Shown here one piece after another: positions 1 through 9,329 of a stretch of 64,000 bases of DNA. Under the pieces are notes generated by a model. The model was not told the origin of the DNA. It searched no databases and saw only the letters and a program-made list of their open reading frames with translations. Position 1 is the stretch's first letter. Each line of letters opens with the position of its first letter. The position numbers were made by a program, and so were the translations under genes. Origin of the DNA: Escherichia coli (lineage in GTDB: Bacteria > Pseudomonadota > Gammaproteobacteria > Enterobacterales > Enterobacteriaceae); assembly GCF_009931435.1 (NCBI RefSeq), contig NZ_CP043414.1, one strand, 5' to 3'.

Positions 1-638
1 TCGCTAAGCTGGAATGACTGTTTTTCTTCGGTGTTGGTATTGCACAGGTTGTTGTTATCGCTAACAAAAAACCAGCACAGAATCCCCAACAAGATGTAAA
101 CCACACTATAGATGATAATGACCGTTTTCAGGCTGGCGCTGTCATCCGGTGCAAAGCGAGAAAAGACCCACATGGTAAACACCGCCAGCGACATTACACC
201 GACGCCGCGCAGCCCTTCCATCCAGCCCATAATTTTCCCTTGCTCGCTATGATCGCCAAGCAACGATGCGGCTTTAATCGACACCGACCACAGCATTAAA
301 ATCGTCGTTATCGCAAAGGCGACCTGAATACAGAGCATTACCCACAGCGGTGGATACGTTGCCATTAACAGACCCAGCAATCCGGTAATGATCATCGCGG
401 AAGTAATCATTTTGCGATGCGAAAATTTATCGGCAATAACGCCGCTGGGGGCATAAAGAATAATAGCCGCAATACCAAAGGTACTCATTATTAAACCTAT
501 CTCGGTATTGCTGAATCCCATAAATTTCGCCATGGGAATTTGATAAATATAACGTAAATAAGCCAGATCAAAACTAACGCCGCCACTAAAACTAATTATC
601 GCTAGGGTTATCCAACGGCGATATGAGTTGTGTTGCAT
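1..638 (-). CDS. yqcE: MFS-type transporter, N-terminal part only (gene continues past window start)
   Basis: Reverse-strand frame opens at ATG (complement of 636-638) and runs to position 1 without a stop; absent from the ORF track for that reason. N-terminus MQHNSYRRWITLAIISFSGG... is hydrophobic and transporter-like. Symbol assigned by synteny with ygcW, from memory. Confidence 0.55.
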   Translation of the reverse strand, partial: MQHNSYRRWITLAIISFSGGVSFDLAYLRYIYQIPMAKFMGFSNTEIGLIMSTFGIAAIILYAPSGVIADKFSHRKMITSAMIITGLLGLLMATYPPLWVMLCIQVAFAITTILMLWSVSIKAASLLGDHSEQGKIMGWMEGLRGVGVMSLAVFTMWVFSRFAPDDSASLKTVIIIYSVVYILLGILCWFFVSDNNNLCNTNTEEKQSFQLS

Positions 639-816
639 ATCGTATTCCCATTTGTAATAGACAAAAAAAAGAGAAAAGTAAGCCGCCCTTTCAGGTGGAT
701 TACTTTTCTCAGGTCTCTAGTAATTGCAATAAGAAATAACATGGAAAGCAGGGGGGTTGTGTGAGAGTAGTCACGCTTCTGCTTTTTAAAATTATTTGAT
801 AATACGAATATCACAC

Positions 817-832
817 TGTGATTACGATCACA
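817..832. promoter_or_regulatory. Candidate CRP-type operator (TGTGA-N6-TCACA)
   Basis: Sequence tgtgattacgatcaca is a perfect inverted repeat matching both CRP half-sites, in the divergent intergenic region between the MFS gene and ygcW. Confidence 0.4.
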
Positions 833-886
833 TTAGCGCTTATGCCCTTATGCTAAAAATTATCTCCAGTTACCAGAGATAATGAG

Positions 887-932
887 AAAGGTAACTTCCC
901 TCTCGCGGGGGAAGTTACCTTTCTTTTTTTTT
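887..932 (+). terminator. Intrinsic-terminator-like hairpin followed by a T9 run, about 25 nt upstream of the ygcW start
   Basis: aaaggtaacttccc / gggaagttaccttt form a 14-bp stem around an 8-nt loop, followed by c + ttttttttt. Lies in the leader of ygcW, not after a gene. Confidence 0.4.
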
Positions 933-956
933 GCCTTACGGAAATTGGAGCTAACT

Positions 957-1742
957 ATGTCAATCGAATCTCTCAATGCGTTCTCAATGGATCTTTTCTC
1001 CCTGAAAGGTAAAACCGCAATTGTTACCGGCGGGAATAGCGGTTTAGGCCAGGCATTTGCCATGGCGCTGGCAAAAGCAGGCGCAAATATCTTTATTCCA
1101 AGTTTCGTTAAAGATAATGGCGAAACAAAGGAAATGATTGAAAAACAGGGTGTTGAGGTGGACTTCATGCAGGTGGATATCACCGCAGAAGGCGCGCCGC
1201 AGAAGATAATTACCGCCTGTTGTGAACGTTTCGGCACCGTCGATATTCTGGTTAACAATGCCGGTATATGTAAGCTGAATAAGGTGCTGGATTTCGGTCG
1301 TGCCGACTGGGACCCGATGATTGACGTGAACCTGACCGCCGCATTCGAGTTAAGCTATGAAGCGGCAAAAATTATGATCCCGCAGAAAAGCGGTAAAATC
1401 ATTAATATCTGTTCATTATTCTCTTACTTAGGTGGTCAATGGTCACCTGCTTATTCTGCCACTAAACACGCCCTTGCCGGATTTACCAAAGCCTATTGCG
1501 ATGAATTAGGTCAATATAATATTCAGGTAAATGGTATTGCCCCAGGATATTACGCTACCGATATCACCCTGGCGACACGCAGTAATCCAGAAACCAATCA
1601 GCGCGTTCTTGATCATATTCCAGCAAACCGTTGGGGCGATACTCAGGATTTAATGGGCGCAGCCATATTTCTCGCAAGTCCGGCATCGAATTATGTCAAC
1701 GGGCATTTATTAGTGGTTGATGGCGGTTATTTAGTGCGCTAA
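957..1742 (+). CDS. ygcW: Short-chain dehydrogenase/reductase family oxidoreductase (261 aa)
   Basis: ORF-track frame 882..1742; start taken at ATG 957 with GGAG about 8 nt upstream. TGGNSGLG Rossmann motif and YSATK catalytic motif present. Confidence 0.85.
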   Translation: MSIESLNAFSMDLFSLKGKTAIVTGGNSGLGQAFAMALAKAGANIFIPSFVKDNGETKEMIEKQGVEVDFMQVDITAEGAPQKIITACCERFGTVDILVNNAGICKLNKVLDFGRADWDPMIDVNLTAAFELSYEAAKIMIPQKSGKIINICSLFSYLGGQWSPAYSATKHALAGFTKAYCDELGQYNIQVNGIAPGYYATDITLATRSNPETNQRVLDHIPANRWGDTQDLMGAAIFLASPASNYVNGHLLVVDGGYLVR

Positions 1743-1811
1743 TCCATAACGGTGGTTTCTGATTTCTTTTATTAATGACTATTCCATTTTTATTATCAGG
1801 AAGGAATTACT

Positions 1812-3266
1812 ATGTCTTTATCTCGCGCAGCGATTGTCGACCAGCTAAAGGAAATTGTTGGTGCAGATCGCGTAATTACCGATGAAACGGTATTGAAGAA
1901 AAACAGTATTGATCGTTTTCGTAAATTTCCGGATATTCATGGTATTTATACTTTGCCTATTCCGGCAGCGGTCGTAAAACTCGGTTCCACTGAGCAAGTG
2001 TCCCGTGTGCTGAATTTTATGAATGCACACAAAATTAACGGCGTACCACGTACCGGTGCTTCCGCTACCGAAGGCGGGCTGGAAACCGTTGTGGAAAACT
2101 CGGTGGTGCTTGATGGCTCTGCAATGAATCAAATCATTAATATTGATATAGAGAATATGCAGGCGACGGCGCAATGTGGCGTTCCGCTGGAAGTGCTGGA
2201 AAACGCGTTGCGTGAAAAAGGTTACACCACGGGGCACTCTCCGCAGTCAAAACCGTTGGCACAGATGGGGGGACTGGTGGCGACCCGTAGTATCGGGCAG
2301 TTCTCCACACTCTACGGCGCAATCGAGGATATGGTCGTTGGCCTGGAAGCAGTACTGGCTGATGGCACCGTGACACGCATTAAAAACGTGCCACGACGCG
2401 CGGCGGGTCCGGACATTCGTCACATCATCATCGGCAACGAAGGCGCATTGTGCTATATCACTGAAGTTACTGTGAAAATCTTTAAATTCACCCCGGAAAA
2501 CAACCTCTTCTACGGCTATATCCTGGAAGACATGAAAACCGGCTTCAACATCCTGCGTGAAATCATGGTGGAAGGATATCGTCCGTCGATCGCTCGTTTG
2601 TATGACGCTGAAGATGGCACCCAACACTTCACCCATTTTGCCGACGGAAAATGCGTGCTGATCTTTATGGCTGAAGGTAACCCTCGCATTGCGAAGGCGA
2701 CGGGCGAAGGGATTGCTGAAATCGTGGCACGTTACCCGCAATGCCAGCGCGTGGACAGCAAGCTGATCGAAACCTGGTTTAACAACCTGAACTGGGGACC
2801 GGATAAAGTGGCTGCCGAACGTGTGCAGATCCTCAAAACCGGCAACATGGGCTTTACCACCGAAGTCTCCGGCTGCTGGAGCTGCATCCACGAAATCTAC
2901 GAAAGTGTTATTAACCGTATTCGTACCGAGTTCCCACATGCCGACGACATCACTATGCTGGGCGGTCACTCTTCCCACAGCTATCAGAACGGCACCAACA
3001 TGTATTTTGTCTACGACTACAACGTTGTTGACTGTAAGCCGGAAGAGGAAATCGACAAATACCACAATCCGCTCAACAAAATCATCTGCGAAGAAACCAT
3101 TCGCCTCGGCGGTTCGATGGTACACCATCACGGTATCGGTAAACATCGTGTTCACTGGAGCAAACTGGAACACGGCAGCGCGTGGGCGTTGCTGGAAGGG
3201 CTGAAAAAGCAGTTCGATCCTAACGGCATTATGAATACGGGTACTATCTATCCGATTGAAAAATAA
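1812..3266 (+). CDS. ygcU: FAD-linked oxidase (PCMH-type FAD-binding domain, 484 aa)
   Basis: ORF track 1812..3266; full-length relative to the E. coli YgcU family as I recall it. Confidence 0.85.
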   Translation: MSLSRAAIVDQLKEIVGADRVITDETVLKKNSIDRFRKFPDIHGIYTLPIPAAVVKLGSTEQVSRVLNFMNAHKINGVPRTGASATEGGLETVVENSVVLDGSAMNQIINIDIENMQATAQCGVPLEVLENALREKGYTTGHSPQSKPLAQMGGLVATRSIGQFSTLYGAIEDMVVGLEAVLADGTVTRIKNVPRRAAGPDIRHIIIGNEGALCYITEVTVKIFKFTPENNLFYGYILEDMKTGFNILREIMVEGYRPSIARLYDAEDGTQHFTHFADGKCVLIFMAEGNPRIAKATGEGIAEIVARYPQCQRVDSKLIETWFNNLNWGPDKVAAERVQILKTGNMGFTTEVSGCWSCIHEIYESVINRIRTEFPHADDITMLGGHSSHSYQNGTNMYFVYDYNVVDCKPEEEIDKYHNPLNKIICEETIRLGGSMVHHHGIGKHRVHWSKLEHGSAWALLEGLKKQFDPNGIMNTGTIYPIEK

Positions 3267-3359
3267 TGTGTCAGGTAGCGTTTCGCGATGACGGGACGTT
3301 GCCTTTTCGGCTTCTCAACCGGGAAGCCGTTCTTATTACCGGACAATGAAGGGGTAAAG

Positions 3360-4697
3360 ATGAACACTTCACCGGTGCGAATGGATGATTTACCACTTAA
3401 CCGTTTTCACTGTCGAATTGCTGCGCTGACTTTCGGCGCACACCTGACCGACGGTTATGTTCTCGGCGTCATTGGTTACGCCATAATTCAGCTTACTCCA
3501 GCCATGCAACTGACGCCGTTTATGGCGGGAATGATCGGCGGCTCGGCGCTACTTGGCCTGTTTATCGGCAGCCTGGTTTTGGGCTGGATCTCCGACCATA
3601 TCGGGCGGCAAAAAATCTTCACCTTCAGCTTTATGCTGATTACACTCGCCTCGTTCCTGCAATTTTTTGCCACCACGCCAGAGCATCTTATTGGACTGCG
3701 CATTTTGATCGGCATTGGGCTGGGAGGCGATTACTCAGTAGGCCACACCTTGCTGGCTGAATTTTCTCCGCGCCGCCATCGCGGTATTTTGCTGGGCGCA
3801 TTCAGCGTGGTGTGGACCGTAGGCTATGTGCTGGCAAGTATTGCCGGACATCACTTTATTAGCGAAAGCCCCGAAGCCTGGCGATGGTTACTTGCATCGG
3901 CGGCATTTCCTGCCCTGTTGATTACGTTGTTACGTTGGGGAACGCCAGAATCGCCACGCTGGCTACTGCGCCAGGGGCGTTTTGCAGAAGCTCACGCTAT
4001 CGTGCATCGCTATTTTGGTCCCCATGTTTTACTGGGCGATGAAGTGGCAACGGCGACCCATAAACACATCAAAACCTTGTTCTCTTCGCGCTACTGGCGG
4101 CGCACGGCGTTTAACAGTGTCTTCTTTGTCTGCCTCGTAATCCCATGGTTTGTAATTTACACCTGGCTGCCAACTATCGCCCAGACTATTGGACTGGAAG
4201 ATGCGCTGACTGCCAGCCTGCTGCTTAACGCGTTATTAATTGTGGGTGCGCTGCTGGGATTATTTCTGACGCACCTGCTGGCACATCGCAAATTTTTACT
4301 TGGCAGTTTTTTGTTGCTGGCGGCAACGCTGGTAGTGATGGCCTGTTTGCCTTCTGGCTGTTCATTAACGCTGCTGCTTTTTGTTCTCTTCAGTACCACC
4401 ATTTCGGCAGTCAGTAATCTGGTGGGCATTTTGCCTGCGGAAAGTTTTCCTACTGACATTCGCTCGCTGGGCGTCGGTTTTGCCACCGCCATGAGTCGGT
4501 TGGGCGCGGCGGTAAGTACTGGCCTGCTGCCGTGGGTGCTGGCACAGTGGGGAATGCAAGTCACCTTATTGCTCCTGGCGGCAGTGTTGTTGGTTGGTTT
4601 TGTTGTGACCTGGCTATGGGCGCCAGAAACCAAAGCACTCCCGCTGGTGGCGGCGGGAAATGTAGGAGGTGTGAATGAACATTCTGTTAGCGTTTAA
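3360..4697 (+). CDS. ygcS: MFS transporter (445 aa)
   Basis: ORF-track frame 3288..4697; start taken at ATG 3360 (MNTSPVRMDDL...) behind AAGGGG. Multiple TM segments and GR(Q/K) MFS signatures. Confidence 0.8.
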   Translation: MNTSPVRMDDLPLNRFHCRIAALTFGAHLTDGYVLGVIGYAIIQLTPAMQLTPFMAGMIGGSALLGLFIGSLVLGWISDHIGRQKIFTFSFMLITLASFLQFFATTPEHLIGLRILIGIGLGGDYSVGHTLLAEFSPRRHRGILLGAFSVVWTVGYVLASIAGHHFISESPEAWRWLLASAAFPALLITLLRWGTPESPRWLLRQGRFAEAHAIVHRYFGPHVLLGDEVATATHKHIKTLFSSRYWRRTAFNSVFFVCLVIPWFVIYTWLPTIAQTIGLEDALTASLLLNALLIVGALLGLFLTHLLAHRKFLLGSFLLLAATLVVMACLPSGCSLTLLLFVLFSTTISAVSNLVGILPAESFPTDIRSLGVGFATAMSRLGAAVSTGLLPWVLAQWGMQVTLLLLAAVLLVGFVVTWLWAPETKALPLVAAGNVGGVNEHSVSV

Positions 4698-5454
4698 AGC
4701 CGAACCGGATGCCGGAATGCTGGCGGAAAAAGAGTGGCAGGCGGCGGCTCAGGGTAATAGCGGACCGGATGTTTCGCTGCTGCGAAGTTTACTCGGTGCT
4801 GATGAACAGGCCGCTGCCGCGCTTCTGTTAGCGCAGAGAAAAAACGGTACGCCGATGTCTTTAACCGCGTTGAGCATGGGGGATGAACGGGCGTTGCACT
4901 GGCTGCGCTATCTCATGGCTCTTGGGTTTGAGGAAGCTGTATTGCTGGAGACGGCGGCAGATCTGCGCTTTGCGCCGGAATTTGTCGCTCGCCATATTGC
5001 CGAATGGCAGCGCCAGAATCCGCTGGATCTGATCATTACTGGCTGCCAGAGCAGCGAAGGGCAGAACGGGCAAACGCCATTTTTGCTGGCGGAAATGCTG
5101 ACCTGGCCCTGTTTTACCCAGGTGGAGCGTTTTACTCTCGACGCACCGTTTATCTCGCTCGAACAGCGTACTGAACATGGATTACGCTGTTGTCGGGTTC
5201 GCTTGCCTGCGGTGATTGCCGTGCGCCAGTGTGGCGAGGTGGCCTTGCCAGTACCGGGAATGCGCCAGCGAATGGCTGCGGGGAAAGCTGAAATTATCCG
5301 CAAAACTGTTACTGCTGAATCGTCAGCGATGCAGTGCCGGCAACTGGAAAGGCCAGAGCAACGACGCGGTGCAACGCTTCTTGATGGGCAAACGGTAGCA
5401 GAAAAAGCGCAAAAGCTATGGCAGGACTATTTACGCCAAAGGATGCAGCCATGA
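4675..5454 (+). CDS. ygcR: Electron-transfer flavoprotein beta-subunit-like protein (FixA family, 259 aa)
   Basis: ORF track 4675..5454; its stop overlaps the ygcQ start (ATGA). Confidence 0.8.
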   Translation: MNILLAFKAEPDAGMLAEKEWQAAAQGNSGPDVSLLRSLLGADEQAAAALLLAQRKNGTPMSLTALSMGDERALHWLRYLMALGFEEAVLLETAADLRFAPEFVARHIAEWQRQNPLDLIITGCQSSEGQNGQTPFLLAEMLTWPCFTQVERFTLDAPFISLEQRTEHGLRCCRVRLPAVIAVRQCGEVALPVPGMRQRMAAGKAEIIRKTVTAESSAMQCRQLERPEQRRGATLLDGQTVAEKAQKLWQDYLRQRMQP

Positions 5455-6311
5455 ATATCGCCATTGTGACAATAAATCAGGAACATGCCGCAATAGCGGG
5501 CTGGCTGGCGGAGCAGGATTTCAGCGGCAGCACATTAACGCACTGGCAAATCGAGCCGCAGCCGATGGTCGCGGAACAGGTGCTGGATGCGCTGGTAGAA
5601 CAGTGGCAGCGAACGCCTGCGGACGTTGTTCTCTTTCCGCCGGGAACGTTTGGCGATGAACTGGCTACCCGCCTGTCCTGGCGTTTACATGGTGCCAGTA
5701 TATGCCAGGTGACTTCATTAAATATTCCAACCGGAAGCGTACGCAAATCCCAGTGGGGAAATGCGCTAACGGCGACGCTGCAAACAGAAAAACGCCCGCT
5801 ATGCCTTTCCCTTGCCCGCCAGGCGGGAGCAGTGAAAAATGCCACGTTGCCCTCTGGTATGCAGCAACTGAACATTGTCCCCGGCGCGCTTCCCGACTGG
5901 CTGGTTAGCACAGAGGATCTGAAAAATGTTACCCACGACCCATTAGCTGAGGCCAGACGGGTGCTGGTGGTGGGGCAGGGCGGAGAGGCAGATAACCAGG
6001 AAATCGCTATGCTGGCAGAAAAGCTGGGAGCCGAAGCGGGCTACAGTCGGGCGCGAGTAATGAACGGTGGCGTTGATGCCGAAAAAGTGATTGGTATTTC
6101 CGGACATCTGCTGGCACCTGAGGTGTGTATTGTTGTTGGCGCTTCCGGCGCAGCAGCGTTAATGGCGGGCGTCCGCAATAGCAAGTTTGTGGTGGCGATT
6201 AATCATGACGCCAGCGCGGCGGTATTTTCACAGGCAGATGTTGGCGTGGTAGATGACTGGAAAGCGGTGCTGGAGGCACTGGTGACAACCATTCACGCAG
6301 ATTGCCAATAA
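5451..6311 (+). CDS. ygcQ: Electron-transfer flavoprotein alpha-subunit-like protein (FixB family, 286 aa)
   Basis: ORF-track frame 5418..6311; start taken at ATG 5451 (MNIAIVT...) behind AAGGA, overlapping the ygcR stop. Confidence 0.8.
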   Translation: MNIAIVTINQEHAAIAGWLAEQDFSGSTLTHWQIEPQPMVAEQVLDALVEQWQRTPADVVLFPPGTFGDELATRLSWRLHGASICQVTSLNIPTGSVRKSQWGNALTATLQTEKRPLCLSLARQAGAVKNATLPSGMQQLNIVPGALPDWLVSTEDLKNVTHDPLAEARRVLVVGQGGEADNQEIAMLAEKLGAEAGYSRARVMNGGVDAEKVIGISGHLLAPEVCIVVGASGAAALMAGVRNSKFVVAINHDASAAVFSQADVGVVDDWKAVLEALVTTIHADCQ

Positions 6312-6317
6312 CGTGCT

Positions 6318-6423
6318 GCCGGATGATCCTGTCTACGGTTCTGGGCTGGGGACTGTAGGCCTGATAAGACGCGTCAAGCGTCGTATCAGGCGCTGAATGC
6401 CGGATTTGGCATGTGGCCTACAA
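6318..6423. repeat. REP/BIME cluster (repetitive extragenic palindromes)
   Basis: Contains tgtaggcctgataagacgcgtcaagcgtcgtatcaggcg and a second gccggat...ggcctaca unit, typical E. coli REP sequences, between convergent ygcQ and ygcP. Confidence 0.7.
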
Positions 6424-6456
6424 ATCAGACAAATTCAACTCGTTACGAGTATCCCG

Positions 6457-7032
6457 TCAAAGCAATTTTTTCGCTAACGTCCAGACCCCGGTATTCGTGG
6501 TGGAAAGCGCCACGACACCGGCGTTAATCGCATTACGCGCATCTTCTTCATCGCACACCAGCCCGCCAGCAATCAGCGGCTGGTGGATTTTCTCCGTTAC
6601 CCAGCCCAGCACTTTAGGCATACAGCCTGGCAGAATTTCAATACAATCAGGATTCGATTGCGCAACCTGCTTATCAATGTTGTGAAAAGAAATCGAGTCG
6701 ACAATAAACAAGCGATGAATACAGAAAAAGCCTTCCGCTCTCGCCGCTTTTAGCATTGACGCTTTGGTACTGATAATGCCGTCCGCCTCGGTCACCAGTT
6801 TCAGAAACTGAATTACTACTTCTTTATTTGATGCGCCTTCCAGCAAATCGACATGAATAAAGGCATATTTCCCGGCACTTTTAATCTTTTTGACGATATG
6901 ACTGATGGTGCAGATATTGCCGTATAACACGGAAATAAACTGGCATTCAGAATCGATTGCCAACTGCAGGCTGGCATTATCTTTAACGGCAGCAATCACC
7001 GGATTCTGGCGGAGCAGGTGTAAGAGGGGCAT
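6457..7032 (-). CDS. ygcP: GlpP-like glycerol-3-phosphate-responsive antiterminator family protein (191 aa)
   Basis: ORF track 6457..7032. Confidence 0.8.
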   Translation of the reverse strand: MPLLHLLRQNPVIAAVKDNASLQLAIDSECQFISVLYGNICTISHIVKKIKSAGKYAFIHVDLLEGASNKEVVIQFLKLVTEADGIISTKASMLKAARAEGFFCIHRLFIVDSISFHNIDKQVAQSNPDCIEILPGCMPKVLGWVTEKIHQPLIAGGLVCDEEDARNAINAGVVALSTTNTGVWTLAKKLL

Positions 7033-7048
7033 AAATTATCCTTATTAT

Positions 7049-7309
7049 TTATCCAAAGCGGTAGGTGATGCCGAATCCGGAAGGCGGATAGCGCCACTGT
7101 TGTAGGTTTTTTTCATCACACAGTAAACGGCAGGTGCCACACTCCAGGCAGCCGCGATAATCAACGCGTAAGTCGCCTTCCGGCGTGAGCGAAAAAAGAC
7201 CAGCCGGACAAGCGTTAATCAACCGTTCTGCCGTCTGGCGCTCAACGGAGTCTGCCGGAACAATATGTGGCGCATCAGCAGCGCGCCAGAGATTACGGGC
7301 TACAGACAT
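7049..7309 (-). CDS. ygcO: Ferredoxin-like protein (FixX family, 86 aa)
   Basis: ORF-track frame 7049..7345; start taken at internal ATG (MSVARNLW...) with AGGAG upstream. C-terminal CxxCxxC cluster (GCLECGTCRLLC). Confidence 0.75.
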   Translation of the reverse strand: MSVARNLWRAADAPHIVPADSVERQTAERLINACPAGLFSLTPEGDLRVDYRGCLECGTCRLLCDEKNLQQWRYPPSGFGITYRFG

Positions 7310-8571
7310 CGAATACTCCTGACAACATCGCCCGCCAGATGCCACAGGCCATGACGACGTAAATGACGCCAGAGCAACTGACGCAGCGGCGGAACAGGTT
7401 TATCACCCTGATCCCATAAATCACGGGAAATATCCTGCATTAACACAGGCCACTTACGGTACCATCCAGGGCGTTGCAAAAGCGCCGGAACATGCTGATA
7501 GCGCTGTAGAACATCCCACAGCAGGCTGCGCTCTACGTTGTAATGATAAAGCGGAAACAGATTTTGCGGCTCGCGGTGCTGGCAGGCGCTTATCAGCGTT
7601 TGTGCCGCCGCCTGTGCGCCAGCCAGCGCCATATCCATGCCGCGCACGGAAATTCCGGTATTGACGCAACTGCGCAACGTATCGCCCACCAGCAGCCAGC
7701 CGTTACCGGCGTATTGCACCGGCATACTGTGCAAGCCACCTTCTGGCACCAGATGCGCACCATACTCCAGTGATTCCGTGTTTTTGATAAGCGGGCGCAC
7801 TGCCGGATGCGTTTTAAAGCGAGCCAGCAGCTCGCTTGCCGGAACACGACTTTGCGTAAGTGAAGAGAGCGGGCAAACAATCCCTAACGAGAGCGTTTGT
7901 TGATTAGTATAAAGAAATGCGCCGCCGGGTAAGTCATCACAGATTCCGCCGCTGAACAGCAACGCTGCGCCTTCGTTATTCTCCAGATGAAAACGTTCTT
8001 CAATAGCGGATGTTTCCAGTGAAAGAACTTCTTTGATCCCCAACGCCATCGCTTCGCCAGCAGGACGAGTCACTAACCCGTGACGCTCAGCCAGGACGCT
8101 GTTGGCACCTTCTGCCAGCGCCACATAACGGGCGCGGAGAATATCGTCACCGCAAATGACACCACACACCCTGCCGTTTTCTTCATACAGCGCATCTACC
8201 GTCGCACCAGGGATGCATTCGACACCTTCTTTTTCGGCTTCGGCAACCAGCCACGGATCGAACCGTGCACGTAATACGCTCCAGGATTCACCGCCGGGCT
8301 GTAAGCTGGAAAACGTCGTTGCGCCATCCGGCGTTAGCAGAGAAAGACTTTCGTGAGTGATGCGTCGTTCAAGAGGCGCGGTCAGGTGAAACTGAGGGAG
8401 GAGTTCCGCGAGCGCATGGGTGTATAAACGCCCGCCGGAAAGGTTTTTACTGCCGGGAATTTCAGCGCGTTCCAGTAACAGAACGGATAAACCTGCCCGC
8501 GCGCAGCGTAAAGCACAAGCGGTGCCTGCTATACCCGCACCAATAATAATAATGTCGCAGTCGTCTTCCAT
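7300..8571 (-). CDS. ygcN: FAD-dependent oxidoreductase (FixC family, 423 aa)
   Basis: ORF-track frame 7300..8601 (GTG); start taken at ATG 8571 (MEDDCDIIIIGAGIAG... dinucleotide-binding motif). Confidence 0.8.
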   Translation of the reverse strand: MEDDCDIIIIGAGIAGTACALRCARAGLSVLLLERAEIPGSKNLSGGRLYTHALAELLPQFHLTAPLERRITHESLSLLTPDGATTFSSLQPGGESWSVLRARFDPWLVAEAEKEGVECIPGATVDALYEENGRVCGVICGDDILRARYVALAEGANSVLAERHGLVTRPAGEAMALGIKEVLSLETSAIEERFHLENNEGAALLFSGGICDDLPGGAFLYTNQQTLSLGIVCPLSSLTQSRVPASELLARFKTHPAVRPLIKNTESLEYGAHLVPEGGLHSMPVQYAGNGWLLVGDTLRSCVNTGISVRGMDMALAGAQAAAQTLISACQHREPQNLFPLYHYNVERSLLWDVLQRYQHVPALLQRPGWYRKWPVLMQDISRDLWDQGDKPVPPLRQLLWRHLRRHGLWHLAGDVVRSIRCL

Positions 8572-8648
8572 GTCATGCCCCAGATATCCAGAGCGCAACA
8601 CCCTAACATAGCGTTACTTAAGGGAAATTGACCGCCGACACACTCTTA

Positions 8649-9014
8649 TCATTCGCCGCGATAGATGCAACCTGCGGTGCAGGTTTCTTTCACCATAACC
8701 GCACTTAACAGCGGAACAACCGGTTTAACCTGATTCCAAATCCATTTTGCTAAAACCTCGCTGGTCGGGTTTTCCAGGCCAGGAATATCATTGAGATAAT
8801 AGTGATCGAGGCGATCATAGGTTGGTTTAAATGCCGCTTTCAGTTCAGCGAAATCGATAATCCAGCCCGTATGCGGATCGACTTCCCCGGTAATTTCCAG
8901 TCGCACCATAAAGGAATGCCCGTGCAGGCGACCACATTTATGTCCTTCCGGGACGTGTGGTAAGCGGTGAGCGGCTTCGAAGGTGAAATCTTTAAATAAC
9001 GTGGTGGACATCAT
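8649..9014 (-). CDS. queD: 6-carboxy-5,6,7,8-tetrahydropterin synthase (121 aa)
   Basis: ORF-track frame 8649..9098; start at [20 protein letters not shown]... matches the QueD N-terminus as I recall it. Confidence 0.9.
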   Translation of the reverse strand: MMSTTLFKDFTFEAAHRLPHVPEGHKCGRLHGHSFMVRLEITGEVDPHTGWIIDFAELKAAFKPTYDRLDHYYLNDIPGLENPTSEVLAKWIWNQVKPVVPLLSAVMVKETCTAGCIYRGE

Positions 9015-9329
9015 AATTTCTCTACATGACGATAAAACCGCCGTAGAGTACCGGAAAGGCTTTTTTTTCGCATTATCTAAAACGACTTTGTTGCGCAAAA
9101 TCGCTGATTTATCTTAATGATTGGCTAAATTCATTTGTTTTTCATTGGGTTGGTTAATCTGTTTTGTTGTTAAAGACTATTGCTAAAACAGGTTAGTCGA
9201 TTTGGTTATTAGTTATCGCTATCCCGTCTTTAATCCACACCGTTCACCCCGTTAACCTTACCTTCTCTTCTGTTTTATGGGCGCTGACAGGGCGCAGAAA
9301 CAGCTTTGCTTACTGGAACATAACGACGC

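Noticed and set aside
608-814. 68-aa reverse ORF overlapping the 5-prime end of the MFS gene and its promoter region
   Set aside because: Overlaps the real MFS start in another frame; likely spurious.
2247-3173. 308-aa reverse-strand ORF antisense to ygcU
   Set aside because: Fully nested antisense to a well-supported gene; composition typical of a shadow frame in GC-rich coding sequence.
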